In this document: positions 34,007-38,686 of the stretch, piece by piece
How positions within the stretch are numbered: the stretch's first letter is position 1
Layout of the letters: each line of letters opens with the position of its first letter
Assembly (NCBI GenBank): GCA_030038335.1
Contig: JASHPC010000049.1
Span: 1 to 38,686, forward strand
From: Vulcanimicrobiota bacterium
Lineage (GTDB): Bacteria > Vulcanimicrobiota > Vulcanimicrobiia > Vulcanimicrobiales > Vulcanimicrobiaceae
Direction of reading: 5' to 3'
Length of the DNA stretch: 38,686 nucleotides
Made by a program: the position numbers and the translations under genes
The notes under the pieces: model-generated
What the model was told of the DNA's origin: nothing
The model's input: the letters and a program-made list of their open reading frames with translations, nothing else
Database searches by the model: none

Positions 34007-38686
<4,680 letters not shown>

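Overview
A visibly high-GC, densely packed bacterial chromosomal segment that is almost entirely core housekeeping. I found no rRNA, tRNA, CRISPR array, transposase, integrase or recognisable defence system.

Gene content, left to right:
- pheT (partial) and pheS
- a YqzL-like micro-gene
- a TrmH/SpoU-family methyltransferase
- a NUDIX hydrolase
- a degenerate beta-lactamase-fold protein
- rplT-rpmI-infC with a leader region
- ornithine aminotransferase, an alpha/beta hydrolase and tag
- a tricorn-protease homolog coupled to a GT39 glycosyltransferase
- uppS, a GH125-like mannosidase and an intact serine hydrolase
- a tightly coupled meaB / acyl-CoA mutase (large subunit, micro-ORF, B12 subunit) / gltX / glmU array
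- a GAF-GGDEF cyclase plus a degenerate M48/Ste24-like membrane protein
- pth-ctc-prs on the opposite strand
- uvrB, a PBP4-type DD-peptidase, a small secreted protein, a HAD hydrolase, uvrA and ligA (partial)

Synteny (infC-rpmI-rplT ... trmH-like-pheST; glmU / prs-ctc-pth) resembles Firmicutes and other Terrabacteria. I do not assign a taxon.

Nothing here looks like a large novel multi-gene system. The points worth a second look are smaller in scale:
- Three conserved or well-positioned reading frames have no canonical start codon: infC (ATA), gltX (CTG or ATC overlapping the upstream stop) and a small 2-TM ORF (ATC).
- Two pseudoenzymes have all visible catalytic motifs substituted. One is a beta-lactamase-fold protein. 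The other is an M48 peptidase-fold protein next to a diguanylate cyclase.
- Two translationally coupled or autonomous micro-ORFs.
- A perfect 27-bp palindrome abuts the uppS start codon.
- A 102-nt REP-like palindromic element supplies the last codons of uvrB.

All homology calls come from reading the translations and from remembered family motifs. No searches were run.
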